A stretch of 64,000 nucleotides of DNA from an uncultured Acidobacterium sp. (GTDB lineage: Bacteria > Acidobacteriota > Vicinamibacteria > Vicinamibacterales > UBA2999): NCBI GenBank assembly GCA_964628295.1, contig CAZVLS010000005.1, positions 192,931 to 256,930 on the forward strand, written 5' to 3'. Shown one piece after another: positions 1 through 8,608 of the stretch; within the stretch, counting starts at the first letter, position 1; every line of letters begins with the position of its first letter. The translations under genes and the position numbers were made by a program. Below the pieces are notes generated by a model that was given only the letters and a program-made list of their open reading frames with translations, did not search any database and was not told the DNA's origin.

Positions 1-868
1 TATGGGGATCCCGTAACCGATCGTGCAGGTAATCGACATACGACCGCGTCCAGCCGAGGCTGACCTGCACCTGGCTCCACTTCATGTTCGCAGCCGTGTA
101 CAGGGCCGAGCGCGCTCCCAGCCAGCCATGGAAGGGCGGGATCAACGGCTCGGTGTCCGGTCGACCGGTCGTGTCGTCGTCCTCCATGTCGTTGACGTAC
201 CACTGCAGCAGGATGAAATCGGGGTTGATGTTGCTGAGCAGGTCGCGCACCCGCCTCAAGTGAGTTGGAGTATTCGCGCCACCCTCACCGAAATTCAGCA
301 CCTCGATGTGCTCCGGAAGCCTGGCCTGCAGCAGTTCAGTGTACCGATCGTCCTGCCTCAGTCCGTTGCCGAACGTGAAGGAGTCGCCGACGACGGCGAC
401 GCGGAAGATGCCTGGTGGCTTGGCGTCGGTGAACGCACGTCCCCGGTAACCCTGTGCGTTGAACCGGCTCGGATTCGTTCGCAGCCAGCGGCGGGTAAAG
501 AACGCCGCGTTGTCAGTCGTCGTGGTCACGTCCCGGAGAACCCAGCGGGCCGCATACTCCGCGGCGACAAGGGTCATGCCGAGCGTCACCGTCAGTAGGA
601 GGAAGCGGCTGCCGGTCTTGACCAGCTGTTGCCGGGTCATGCGCGCGTTCAGCGCCATCGCCAGCGCCACGGCGCCGATCGCGAGACACAAGCCGAATCG
701 CACGAGGTCGGAGCCGCCGATCACATGGTCAGGCAGCGCGTCAGAGACGATCAGCAGTACCGCCAGGATCGTCAGCGCAATGAGATAGCCCGACGGTAAT
801 GATTTCAGGGAGGGGGAGTCGATGGCTGAATATTGTGCATAAAAATTGTCGACTGTTCCATTAATCAT
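1..868 (-). CDS. SGNH/GDSL-family hydrolase (lipase/acylesterase-like), N-terminal part; 3' end lies beyond the left edge
   Basis: Own minus-strand translation from the ATG at 866-868. It is absent from the ORF track because no stop lies inside the window. It reads MINGTVDNFYAQYSAIDSPSLKSLPSGYLIALTILAVLLIV.., with two hydrophobic helices, then 'PGIFRVAVVGDSFTFGNGL' (SGNH block I Gly-Asp-Ser) and 'VLNFGEGGANT' (block II). The listed + ORF 23..598 is its antisense shadow. Confidence 0.6.
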   Translation of the reverse strand, partial: MINGTVDNFYAQYSAIDSPSLKSLPSGYLIALTILAVLLIVSDALPDHVIGGSDLVRFGLCLAIGAVALAMALNARMTRQQLVKTGSRFLLLTVTLGMTLVAAEYAARWVLRDVTTTTDNAAFFTRRWLRTNPSRFNAQGYRGRAFTDAKPPGIFRVAVVGDSFTFGNGLRQDDRYTELLQARLPEHIEVLNFGEGGANTPTHLRRVRDLLSNINPDFILLQWYVNDMEDDDTTGRPDTEPLIPPFHGWLGARSALYTAANMKWSQVQVSLGWTRSYVDYLHDRLRDPH

Positions 869-881
869 AGAGAATTCAGCG

Positions 882-1340
882 ATGAGCGACGCCCAGCCTC
901 CGGTCCCGGATTCCCGCGCATCCAGGCTCCGCACCACCAACACGCTGCTGGCGATTGCACTGCTGATCTTGCTCGGCCAGATAGCGTGGCAGGAGCTGAG
1001 GCTCAGTGGGCTCAAGGCTCAGGTTGCGCAGTCGAAGCGTGATCTCGAGACCCAGGTCGAACGCATGGCCAACCAAAAGGTGCAAGGGCACCGGCAGGAA
1101 CTGGTGGCGGCCGTCAGTTTTGTGGATGACTTGTATCGATCGGCGGATGGACTGCAGCGGCCGGGCGGTCTCTACAACCCGGACGCCAAGCAAGTAGACG
1201 CCGAAGCGATCGGCACGTGGATTCTTGATGTCTACATGCAGGCGCGAATTGCTGGAAAATCAGACGCCGAAGCGCGGCAGTCGATTGCTGATGCGATCAA
1301 GGGGTCTGATGAGTGGCGCCGAAAGCACCCACAGCCCTAG
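882..1340 (+). CDS. hypothetical membrane-anchored protein
   Basis: ORF 846..1340. I prefer the ATG at 882 (MSDAQPP..) because 846-868 would overlap the divergent gene start. One TM helix 'LLAIALLILLGQIAW' is followed by a helical soluble part. No family recognised. Confidence 0.4.
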   Translation: MSDAQPPVPDSRASRLRTTNTLLAIALLILLGQIAWQELRLSGLKAQVAQSKRDLETQVERMANQKVQGHRQELVAAVSFVDDLYRSADGLQRPGGLYNPDAKQVDAEAIGTWILDVYMQARIAGKSDAEARQSIADAIKGSDEWRRKHPQP

Positions 1341-1344
1341 CGGG

Positions 1345-3003
1345 CTACTTCGAGGGCGGGTGTAGCGAATAGACGTAGTCGGTCCCGTCCGCGTGTTCGA
1401 GCTTCAGCTCGGGCGTAACCTTGATATTTTCTTCAACTGACCACCATCGACTGCCGTAGTCGGCGCTGTGCACGACGACGTAGGTGACGCCGGCAGCGCG
1501 TAATCCCTCCATGCTGGCCTTGTCCGGAAATTCTCCGAGCACGTCGTAGAGGTCGTCATGAAACGGACGGCGTATCCCGCTGTAGCCGTGAACGGTCTTC
1601 TGCCAGTGGGCGGTGGCATGAAGCATGGCCTGCGTTTGCTGCCGCTCGAGCCTGCCGAGATCTCCCAGCCGCGGCACCGGTACCTCTGCGACGACGAAGG
1701 GTTTGGCTTGTGAGTCCAGCCAGCGATCGCTGGCCGGGATGTTGACCTGGAAGGGGACGGAGGGAAACGGATAGACCGTGTACTCCCCGATCAGCAACAG
1801 GCTCAACACCACGGCCGCCGTCGTGCGCACCTGCGGGCGCCATCGTGCGGCCAGCCAATCGAAGCCAATCGCCGCCAGCACCGAGAGGGCGAGCATGGTC
1901 AGGATCATGAATCGCGACGGCACGCGAATGAAATTGAATCCGGGCAGCCAGTACACGTATCGCCACAATTCAAATGGCCATCCGATGAACATCATCGTGG
2001 AGAGCAGCCCGAGAAGCGCGTAGAACACCGCCGGATTTGGCCGCAGGCGAGGCCGCGCGAGGATCCCCGCGATGGCGATGCCGGCGAGCAGGAGCACGAG
2101 GATGCCGGGGAAGAGGAACGCTTCGGCCTCCTTCTCGAAGGCGGGCAGCAGGGCACTTTGCAGGAACTGGTGCACGCGCGCCGGCGACGCGAGCAGGCTC
2201 TCGATGCCAGGGAGCATCCCTGTCTCGTAGGCCCGACGCAGGCCCGCCTCATCCTGCGCCATGCGATACGGGACGATCACCCAGATGGCTGGAGCAAGCA
2301 GGTAGGCGCCCGCGGCGCCGAAGTCCCGCAGGCGGCGCATGAAGGCCACGGGCGTTCCGGTCGCGAATTGATACGCGAGGAGCATCGCGATCGAGATGGC
2401 GAGGTAGACCGCGCCGTGTCCGCTCGAGAGCGCTTGCAGCGAGAAGAAGGCGACGGCGAGCAGCAGGTCGCGGCGGCGCCCGCTGTCGAGATACGAATGC
2501 AGGAACGCCAGCGAGAAGGGGATCCACTGCACGGCCGTCAGGTGGAGCTGACCGATGCGGTAGAAGCGCGGCGGCGCGAACGCAAACAATAAACCGCAGA
2601 GGAAAGCAGCGGCGACGGTCAGGTGCAGGCGCTTGGCGAGGAGGTACGCGCCGGTGCCACTCAACATGCAGGTGATGAAGGCCGTCAGGTTGGTCGCGAG
2701 CACGAGGTTGCCGGTCAGCCAGATGATCGGAGCCGCGAAGAATGCGCTGCCAATCAGGTTCTCCGAATACGCCAGTGTGTTCGCGAACGGGTAGTAGATG
2801 TTGGCGTCGAAGATCTGCAGTGGCTGGTGGAGGAACGCGTAGGTGTCCCACGCGAGCGTCCAGATATAGAGGTGGGTGTCAGGTATGTCGGCGTTGACGT
2901 GGCTGCCGGGCGACAGCGAGAACGGCAGCGTCATCAGGAACGTGAGCGCGGCGTAGATCACAGAGACGATGGCCGCTTCACGGGCCTGCGAGGAACCTGT
3001 CAC
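1345..3003 (-). CDS. polytopic membrane protein, GT-C-like (PMT_2/ArnT-type) glycosyltransferase candidate
   Basis: ORF 1345..3054 has many hydrophobic helices, the N-terminal loop 'YIWTLAWDTYAF..IFDANIYYPFANTLAYSENL', and a ~110-aa soluble C-terminus. Start set to the in-frame GTG at 3003 to avoid overlapping ttcA; 3054 and 2961 are alternatives. Confidence 0.45.
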   Translation of the reverse strand: MTGSSQAREAAIVSVIYAALTFLMTLPFSLSPGSHVNADIPDTHLYIWTLAWDTYAFLHQPLQIFDANIYYPFANTLAYSENLIGSAFFAAPIIWLTGNLVLATNLTAFITCMLSGTGAYLLAKRLHLTVAAAFLCGLLFAFAPPRFYRIGQLHLTAVQWIPFSLAFLHSYLDSGRRRDLLLAVAFFSLQALSSGHGAVYLAISIAMLLAYQFATGTPVAFMRRLRDFGAAGAYLLAPAIWVIVPYRMAQDEAGLRRAYETGMLPGIESLLASPARVHQFLQSALLPAFEKEAEAFLFPGILVLLLAGIAIAGILARPRLRPNPAVFYALLGLLSTMMFIGWPFELWRYVYWLPGFNFIRVPSRFMILTMLALSVLAAIGFDWLAARWRPQVRTTAAVVLSLLLIGEYTVYPFPSVPFQVNIPASDRWLDSQAKPFVVAEVPVPRLGDLGRLERQQTQAMLHATAHWQKTVHGYSGIRRPFHDDLYDVLGEFPDKASMEGLRAAGVTYVVVHSADYGSRWWSVEENIKVTPELKLEHADGTDYVYSLHPPSK

Positions 3004-3026
3004 GGATTGGCCAGTATAATCAGTCC

Positions 3027-3851
3027 GTGGGGTACCGCACACCGCTCGAGGCACGCATCGCGAAGAAAGCGACCAAGGCGATCACTGACTTCAACCTGGT
3101 TGAAGACGGCGACCGCATCATGGTCGGTCTTTCGGGCGGCAAGGACAGTTGGGCGCTGATCCAGATCCTGGACGTGCTGCAGAAGCGCGCGCCGATCGAT
3201 TTTTCCATCGTTGCCGTCAACGTGGATTCGGGTTACGAAGGCTACCAGCACACGCAGGTGGCGGCGGCCTGCAAGGAACGCGGCTGGGAGTTCCACAGCG
3301 AGCACACCACGATCGGTGCGGTTATTGACGACAAGCTCGAGAGCGACGACACCCCATGCTCGCTGTGCGCGCGGTTGCGGCGCGGGGTCTTGTACCGCCT
3401 GGCCAAGAAGACCGGCGCGACCAAGATCGCCCTGGGGCATCACCTCGACGATTTTGTGGAAACCGTCCTGCTCAATCTGTTCTTTGCCGGCGCGCTGAAG
3501 GCCATGCCGGCGCGATTGACCTCCGATAACGGCCAGCACGTCGTCATCCGTCCGCTGGTCTATGTGTCTGAAGCCGAAGCGCGCGCCTACTGCCAGGAGC
3601 GGGAGCTGCCGATCATCGGCTGCTGCTGCCCGGCCTGCGGTGACATGAGCCTGCAACGGCAGCGCGTCAAGCGGCTGATCGTCGAGCTCGAACGCGAGCA
3701 TCCGAACGTCAAGTCGTCGATGATCAAGGCGCTCGGCAACGTGATGCCCCGGCACCTGCTCGATCGCCGGTTGAATCCAATCGGCGAGATCGTCGAGACC
3801 ATTGCAGAGGAGCCCACGCTGGTTCCGCTGCTTCTCAGCCGGCCGCAGTAG
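3027..3851 (+). CDS. ttcA: tRNA 2-thiocytidine(32) synthetase TtcA
   Basis: PP-loop 'VGLSGGKDS', '[10 protein letters not shown]' and 'CCCPACG' cysteine clusters, full-length TtcA-like layout. GTG start. Confidence 0.9.
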   Translation: MGYRTPLEARIAKKATKAITDFNLVEDGDRIMVGLSGGKDSWALIQILDVLQKRAPIDFSIVAVNVDSGYEGYQHTQVAAACKERGWEFHSEHTTIGAVIDDKLESDDTPCSLCARLRRGVLYRLAKKTGATKIALGHHLDDFVETVLLNLFFAGALKAMPARLTSDNGQHVVIRPLVYVSEAEARAYCQERELPIIGCCCPACGDMSLQRQRVKRLIVELEREHPNVKSSMIKALGNVMPRHLLDRRLNPIGEIVETIAEEPTLVPLLLSRPQ

Positions 3852-4300
3852 TGCGCGCCGTCATCCAGCGGGTCACCTCAGCCCGGGTCACCGTTGACGA
3901 TCGCCTGATCGGCGAGATCGGCGCTGGTCTGCTCGTGTTGGTAGGCGTCGATGACGGCGACGGTCCGGCGGATGTGCAGTACGTCGCGTCCAAGATTCGT
4001 GATCTCCGCATCTTTGCCGATGAGGCGGGCAAGATGAACCGCTCGGTGCTGGATTGCCAGGGCGGCGTGCTGGTCGTCTCGCAGTTCACGCTCTCAGGTG
4101 ATGCGCGGAACGGGCGCCGGCCGTCATTCGCGTCGGCAGCCCCGCCACAAATTGCGCGGGCGCTCTACGAAGATGTCGTGCGAGAATTGAAGACCAGTGG
4201 GCTGCGCGTTGAGACGGGCGAGTTCCAGGCCATGATGCAGGTCGCGCTGGTCAACGACGGTCCCGTGACCATTCTTCTCGATAGCAGGAAGACCTTCTAA
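3851..4300 (+). CDS. dtd: D-aminoacyl-tRNA deacylase
   Basis: 149 aa, 'MRAVIQRV..', 'VSQFTL', '[11 protein letters not shown]'. Its GTG start shares one nt with the ttcA TAG stop. Confidence 0.9.
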   Translation: MRAVIQRVTSARVTVDDRLIGEIGAGLLVLVGVDDGDGPADVQYVASKIRDLRIFADEAGKMNRSVLDCQGGVLVVSQFTLSGDARNGRRPSFASAAPPQIARALYEDVVRELKTSGLRVETGEFQAMMQVALVNDGPVTILLDSRKTF

Positions 4301-5143
4301 ATGACCCGATCACTGTTCGTTGCATTGTTCGTGCTGGCGGCGGCCACCCCCTCCGTAGCGCAGCAACGACCGCTGAAGACCGAAGATCCGGAAACCATTG
4401 GCGCCGGACGGGCGCTGGTTGAGGCCGGCATCGAGTTCAACCGCGATGCGTCGTTCCCGGTATCGGGACTGCGCGGCAATCACTGGGAGTTGCCGTCGTT
4501 TGGCGTCATCCTCGGCGTGAGCTCAATCGCCGAGATCCAGTTGGACTGGAGTCCTTACCAGAAGTTGTCGATCACACAGCGGACGCCTGGTGCGCCGCTG
4601 TCGAGCATGCTGCAACTCGAGGGTGATTCGACGGACGACTTCGGCGACATCCAGATCGGCGCGAAGGTGCGGTTTGTCAGCGAGTCCGGCAACAGGCCCG
4701 CGATTGGCAGCTGGTTCTCGACGCGGTTGCCGAATGCCGGCAACGAATCGGGCCTTGGCAAGGACGTCCAGGATTTTGCGTCCGCGCTGACGATCGGCAA
4801 GACCATCCAGTCCATTCGCGTCGTCGCCAATGTCGGCATGATGATGATCGGGAATCCGCTGCGCGCCGCCGCGCAGGACGATCTGCTGATCTACGGGTTG
4901 TCGGTGGCTCGCGCGATCAGCCCGCGCGGGGAAGTCGTTGGCGAGTTCATGGGACGCGCCAACTTCGCCAACATCGTCACCCCGGGCGCCGAAGATCGCG
5001 GACTGCTGCGATTCGGTACGCGTTTCACGACCGGCCCCGTTCGACTCGACGCCGGCCTGCTGCTGGGCCTGACGACGCGCGATCCCGAGATCGGCGTGAG
5101 CGCCGGCTTCACCTGGGTCTTCAACGCCTTCCACGTACCGTAA
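4301..5143 (+). CDS. secreted protein, probable outer-membrane beta-barrel
   Basis: Signal peptide MTRSLFVALFVLAAATPSVAQQ, alternating-polarity strand-like segments, aromatic C-terminus 'GFTWVFNAFHVP'. Family not recognised with confidence. Confidence 0.4.
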   Translation: MTRSLFVALFVLAAATPSVAQQRPLKTEDPETIGAGRALVEAGIEFNRDASFPVSGLRGNHWELPSFGVILGVSSIAEIQLDWSPYQKLSITQRTPGAPLSSMLQLEGDSTDDFGDIQIGAKVRFVSESGNRPAIGSWFSTRLPNAGNESGLGKDVQDFASALTIGKTIQSIRVVANVGMMMIGNPLRAAAQDDLLIYGLSVARAISPRGEVVGEFMGRANFANIVTPGAEDRGLLRFGTRFTTGPVRLDAGLLLGLTTRDPEIGVSAGFTWVFNAFHVP

Positions 5144-5976
5144 TGCTCTCTGTCGCCAAAGCCCACGCCTACGGAAACGACTTTCTTTTTGTCCCGGCCG
5201 AACAGGCCGAGGGCCTGAAGCTGGACGAGCTGTCGCGACGGCTGTGCAACCGCCACAGCGGCGTCGGCGGCGACGGTGTCATCTACTACACGATTGCCCC
5301 TGACGGCACGGCGCAGATGAAGTTGATCAACACCGACGGCAGCCCGTCCGAGCTGTCGGGCAATGGATTGCGCTGCCTTGCGGCCCTCGTTTTGTATCGC
5401 CGCCAGCAGGCCCGCCTGGCGCCGATTACGGAAGTCCGCGTGGACACGGAGGCCGGCTGGAAGACGCTGGCGCTGATGAGCCGCCAGGATGCGCGCTTCA
5501 CCTTTCGCGCCGCCATGGGGCAACCGGAGCGGGTCGCCGAGGAACAGATCGAAGCGGCCGGTGAAACCTTGACAGTGACGACGCTGGCGATCGGCAATCC
5601 GCAGTGCGTGGCGTTGATGTCCGAGCTGCCGGATTTCGCGCGGTTCAACCGGCTGGGCCCCGCGCTCTCGACGCATCGTCGATTTCCGGCCGGCACCAAC
5701 GTGGAGTTCGCCATCGTAGAGGCGCCGGATCGCGTCCGCATCCTGATCTGGGAGCGAGGCGTCGGCCCCACCCACGCGTCCGGCACGGGCGCCTGTGCGT
5801 CGGCGATTGCGGCGATTGCGCACGGCGGCGCGGCGCGCGACGTGCAGGTGATCGCTCCTGGTGGCACCCAGCGTGTGGAATGGCTCGAGGACGGGATCTA
5901 CCTCACCGGTTGGGCAGAAGTGGTCTTCGACGGCCACTGGGTTCCCGACGCGGGCGTGACTGCAGCCGGCGCCTGA
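5143..5976 (+). CDS. dapF: diaminopimelate epimerase homologue (DapF fold) with both catalytic Cys positions occupied by Ser
   Basis: End-to-end DapF-like sequence: 'AHAYGNDF', 'NTDGSPSELSGNGLRC', 'GNPQCV', 'ERGVGPTHASGTGACA'. The ATG overlaps the upstream stop (TAATG). See the finding on the Ser72/Ser213 substitutions. Confidence 0.75.
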   Translation: MLSVAKAHAYGNDFLFVPAEQAEGLKLDELSRRLCNRHSGVGGDGVIYYTIAPDGTAQMKLINTDGSPSELSGNGLRCLAALVLYRRQQARLAPITEVRVDTEAGWKTLALMSRQDARFTFRAAMGQPERVAEEQIEAAGETLTVTTLAIGNPQCVALMSELPDFARFNRLGPALSTHRRFPAGTNVEFAIVEAPDRVRILIWERGVGPTHASGTGACASAIAAIAHGGAARDVQVIAPGGTQRVEWLEDGIYLTGWAEVVFDGHWVPDAGVTAAGA

Positions 5977-6013
5977 GGCCCGGTCAATTTCTGATCACAT
6001 TCAATCGTGAGGT

Positions 6014-6032
6014 GATCGCGAAAATCGCGATC
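6014..6032. terminator. stem-loop between convergent dapF and lipoprotein genes
   Basis: GATCGCGA-aaa-TCGCGATC is a perfect 8-bp inverted repeat. A second small hairpin AGGGC-gtga-GCCCT follows. There is no U-tract. Confidence 0.3.
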
Positions 6033-6046
6033 GCAGGGCGTGAGCC

Positions 6047-6628
6047 CTAACGCTTGCGGGTCGCCGGCGCCGGAGTTGACGCGGCATCAATTGCCGTCAA
6101 TGCGGCCTGAAGATCGGCGGCCGCGCCGTTTACCGCCTTCGTGACCGCCGCAAAGTCTTCGGCCTTCAGCGCTGTGCGCGCATCTTGCAGCTTCTTGTCG
6201 GTGGCAGCGACCGTGGCCTTGGGCGCGCGGAGGCGGGCGGCCATGCGCGCGGTGTTCATGTCCTTCACGTTGAGTTGGGCGTGCGCACGGGACAGCAGCG
6301 TCGCCAGTTCGGCGACCATTGCTTCCGCTTCTCCCCGGGCATTGGCGCGGCCATCGACAGCCATCTTGGCGGCGTTTTGGGCCCGGTCGCGGCTGTCGAG
6401 TGCGTGATTGAGCGCCTGGCGATAGTCACCGGAGGCGGCGGCCTCCTCGGATCGCTTCAGCGCATCGACGGCCGCTGTGAGTTCCTCGACGGCGAACTTG
6501 TCGGCGCCGGCAGAACGCGCCGCATCGATGGCCCCCTGGGCCTGGTTCATTTCCTTGTGGGGAGGCTCGGCGCAGCTGGCTGAAAGGACCGCGATGAAAA
6601 ACGCCAGAAGGCAAGCCGCACGACGCAT
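6047..6628 (-). CDS. alpha-helical lipoprotein (DUF4398-like)
   Basis: ORF 6047..6688. The internal ATG at 6628 gives MRRAACLLAFFIAVLSASC (lipobox), followed by Ala-rich helices such as 'AVEELTAAVDALKRSEEAAASGDYRQAL'. Confidence 0.45.
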   Translation of the reverse strand: MRRAACLLAFFIAVLSASCAEPPHKEMNQAQGAIDAARSAGADKFAVEELTAAVDALKRSEEAAASGDYRQALNHALDSRDRAQNAAKMAVDGRANARGEAEAMVAELATLLSRAHAQLNVKDMNTARMAARLRAPKATVAATDKKLQDARTALKAEDFAAVTKAVNGAAADLQAALTAIDAASTPAPATRKR

Positions 6629-6719
6629 GTCTGCTGAGTATACGACAGCGCTCGGCAGTGAACGACGTGCCGGCCACGCAGAAGCCACGTCAATCAGCTA
6701 CCATGAAGGGTCGGGCGCC

Positions 6720-7388
6720 ATGGCAAAAGTGCCGGTGGTGGATCGGCCCCGCGAGAAGCTGGCACGGGCGGGCGCCGACGCTCTTGGCGATACCGAACTG
6801 ATCGCGCTTGTGCTCGGGTCGGGCACGCGGTCGCGAGGCGCGTTGGTCGTCGCCGGTGAGGTGATTCAGCAGGCCGGCGATGTGCAGGGCCTGGTGCGGT
6901 TGGGCATCGACGAGTTGTGTCGCGTGCCTGGCGTGGGGACAACCCGGGCGGCCCGGCTCATGGCAGCAGTGGAACTGGGTCGGCGCACGTTGTTCGGCGA
7001 GCGGGTCGAGCGGCCACAGATGTTGTCGACGAAGGACGTCGCAGACTACCTGGCGCCGCGGTATTCGGGGTTTGGGGTCGAGCGGTTTGGGGTGCTGTTG
7101 CTCGACCAGAAGCAGCGCGTGATTCGCAGTGAGATCGTGTCGATCGGCACCATCGAGGCGAACATCACGCATCCGCGCGACGTGTTCAGGATCGCGATTG
7201 CGGCGTCGGCGTCTCACGTGGTGCTGTTCCACAACCACCCGTCGGGCGATCCGCTGCCGAGCCCGGCGGACCGGATGATGACACGCCGGATGCAGCTGGC
7301 CGGCGAGATGATTGGGATTGATGTGATCGATCACATCATCCTGGGGAGCGGGACGTTTTTCAGTTTCAGGCAAGAGGGCGTGGTGTGA
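6720..7388 (+). CDS. radC: RadC-family JAB-domain protein (UPF0758)
   Basis: From ATG 6720: 'MAKVPVVDRPREKL..GDTELIALVLGSG', an HhH segment, and the JAMM motif 'HNHPSGDPLPSPAD'. The 6477-6719 extension of the listed ORF overlaps the convergent lipoprotein gene. Confidence 0.85.
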   Translation: MAKVPVVDRPREKLARAGADALGDTELIALVLGSGTRSRGALVVAGEVIQQAGDVQGLVRLGIDELCRVPGVGTTRAARLMAAVELGRRTLFGERVERPQMLSTKDVADYLAPRYSGFGVERFGVLLLDQKQRVIRSEIVSIGTIEANITHPRDVFRIAIAASASHVVLFHNHPSGDPLPSPADRMMTRRMQLAGEMIGIDVIDHIILGSGTFFSFRQEGVV

Positions 7389-8608
7389 GGATTCTCTACT
7401 TCGACTGCTTCGCCGGCGCGGCCGGTGACATGATTCTCGGGGCGCTCCTCGATGCGGGTCTGCCGCTCGAGGAATTGACGCGCGCGCTCGGGAGCCTGGC
7501 GGTCGATGGCATCGAGATTTCTCTCGACCGCGTCGTCAAGTCGGGGATCACGGCGGCAAAATTTCGCGTGCACGAAATGCACCCTGTGCACCCCGCGCAT
7601 TCCGGGCACCATGCGCACCCGCATCACTCGTTAAAAGACATCTTTGCGGCGATCGACCGATCCGCTTTGAGCGAATCGGCAAAGGCCAGGGCGATCAAGA
7701 TGTTCCGGCGCCTGGGCGAGGCCGAAGCCGCGATCCACAACACCAGTCTCGACCAGGTGCATTTGCACGAGGTGGGCGCACTCGACTCGATCATCGACAT
7801 CGTCGGTGCGGCATTTGCGTTCGAGTGGTTCAAGGCCGCGCAGGTGGTGGTGTCGCCGATCAACGTCGGCGGCGGCATGGTGAAGATCGCGCATGGCGTG
7901 TTCCCGGTCCCCGCGCCCGCGACGGTGGCGCTGCTCAAGGATGCGCCGGTCTACTCGAGCGGTATCCAGATGGAGACGCTGACGCCGACCGGGGCGTTGA
8001 TCTTGACCGAATACGCGACGTCCTACGGGCCGGTGCCGCGCATGACGATTGAACGCAGCGGCTATGGCGCCGGCGATCGCGAGCTGAAGGATTCGCCGAA
8101 CGTGGTGCGTGTGATCGTCGGTTCCTGTAGCGACGAGCCTTCAGGCTCGTCGAGGGCCGGTCATTCAAGGTCCATGCAGGTCGCCGTGCTCGAGTGCGAG
8201 ATCGACGACATGAACCCGCAGATTTTTGGCGTGTTGATGGAAAAGCTCTACGCGGCGGGTGCGTTGGAAGTGTTCTACAGCCCGATCCAGATGAAGAAGA
8301 ACCGGCCGGGCACCTTGATGACGATCGTCGCGAAGCCGGACCAGCGCGACGCGATGACCGAGATCGTGTTCCGGGAATCAACGACCATCGGCATCCGTCA
8401 CCAGGTGTTGTCGAGGGAATGCCTCGATCGCGAAATGGTGACGGTCACTACCAGCGTGGGTGCGGTGCGGTTCAAGGTGGCGAGTCGTGACGGCCGCATC
8501 CTGAACGCCCAGCCCGAATTCGAAGACCTGGCGAAACTCTCGGCGGAGCGCGGCATCCCAGTCAAGGAAGTACAGGCGCTCGCACACAAGGCGTGGCTCG
8601 AACGATGA
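7385..8608 (+). CDS. larC: LarC-family nickel insertion protein (DUF111)
   Basis: 'MRILYFDCFAGAAGDMILGALLDAGLP', His-rich 'HPVHPAHSGHHAHPHH', 'HLHEVGALDSIIDIVG'. GTGA overlap with the radC stop. Confidence 0.8.
   Translation: MRILYFDCFAGAAGDMILGALLDAGLPLEELTRALGSLAVDGIEISLDRVVKSGITAAKFRVHEMHPVHPAHSGHHAHPHHSLKDIFAAIDRSALSESAKARAIKMFRRLGEAEAAIHNTSLDQVHLHEVGALDSIIDIVGAAFAFEWFKAAQVVVSPINVGGGMVKIAHGVFPVPAPATVALLKDAPVYSSGIQMETLTPTGALILTEYATSYGPVPRMTIERSGYGAGDRELKDSPNVVRVIVGSCSDEPSGSSRAGHSRSMQVAVLECEIDDMNPQIFGVLMEKLYAAGALEVFYSPIQMKKNRPGTLMTIVAKPDQRDAMTEIVFRESTTIGIRHQVLSRECLDREMVTVTTSVGAVRFKVASRDGRILNAQPEFEDLAKLSAERGIPVKEVQALAHKAWLER

Noticed and set aside
23-598. 191-aa plus-strand ORF at the left edge
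   Set aside because: The opposite strand encodes a protein with a clear SGNH 'VGDSFTFGNG' block and TM helices. The plus-strand translation has no recognisable features.
6477-6719. N-terminal extensions of listed ORFs (example: radC ORF starting at 6477)
   Set aside because: The track uses the most upstream ATG/GTG/TTG. Family-typical N-termini or signal peptides begin at internal starts. Cases are radC 6720, ntrC-like 16049, gcvP 31863, kinase-like 22795, comEA 23141, VOC 35190 and 54205, PadR 41323, ADOP 40991, M23 50332, comM 56849, VapC 55043, Phd 55251, lipoprotein 6628 and metG 8605. The extensions overlap neighbouring genes.
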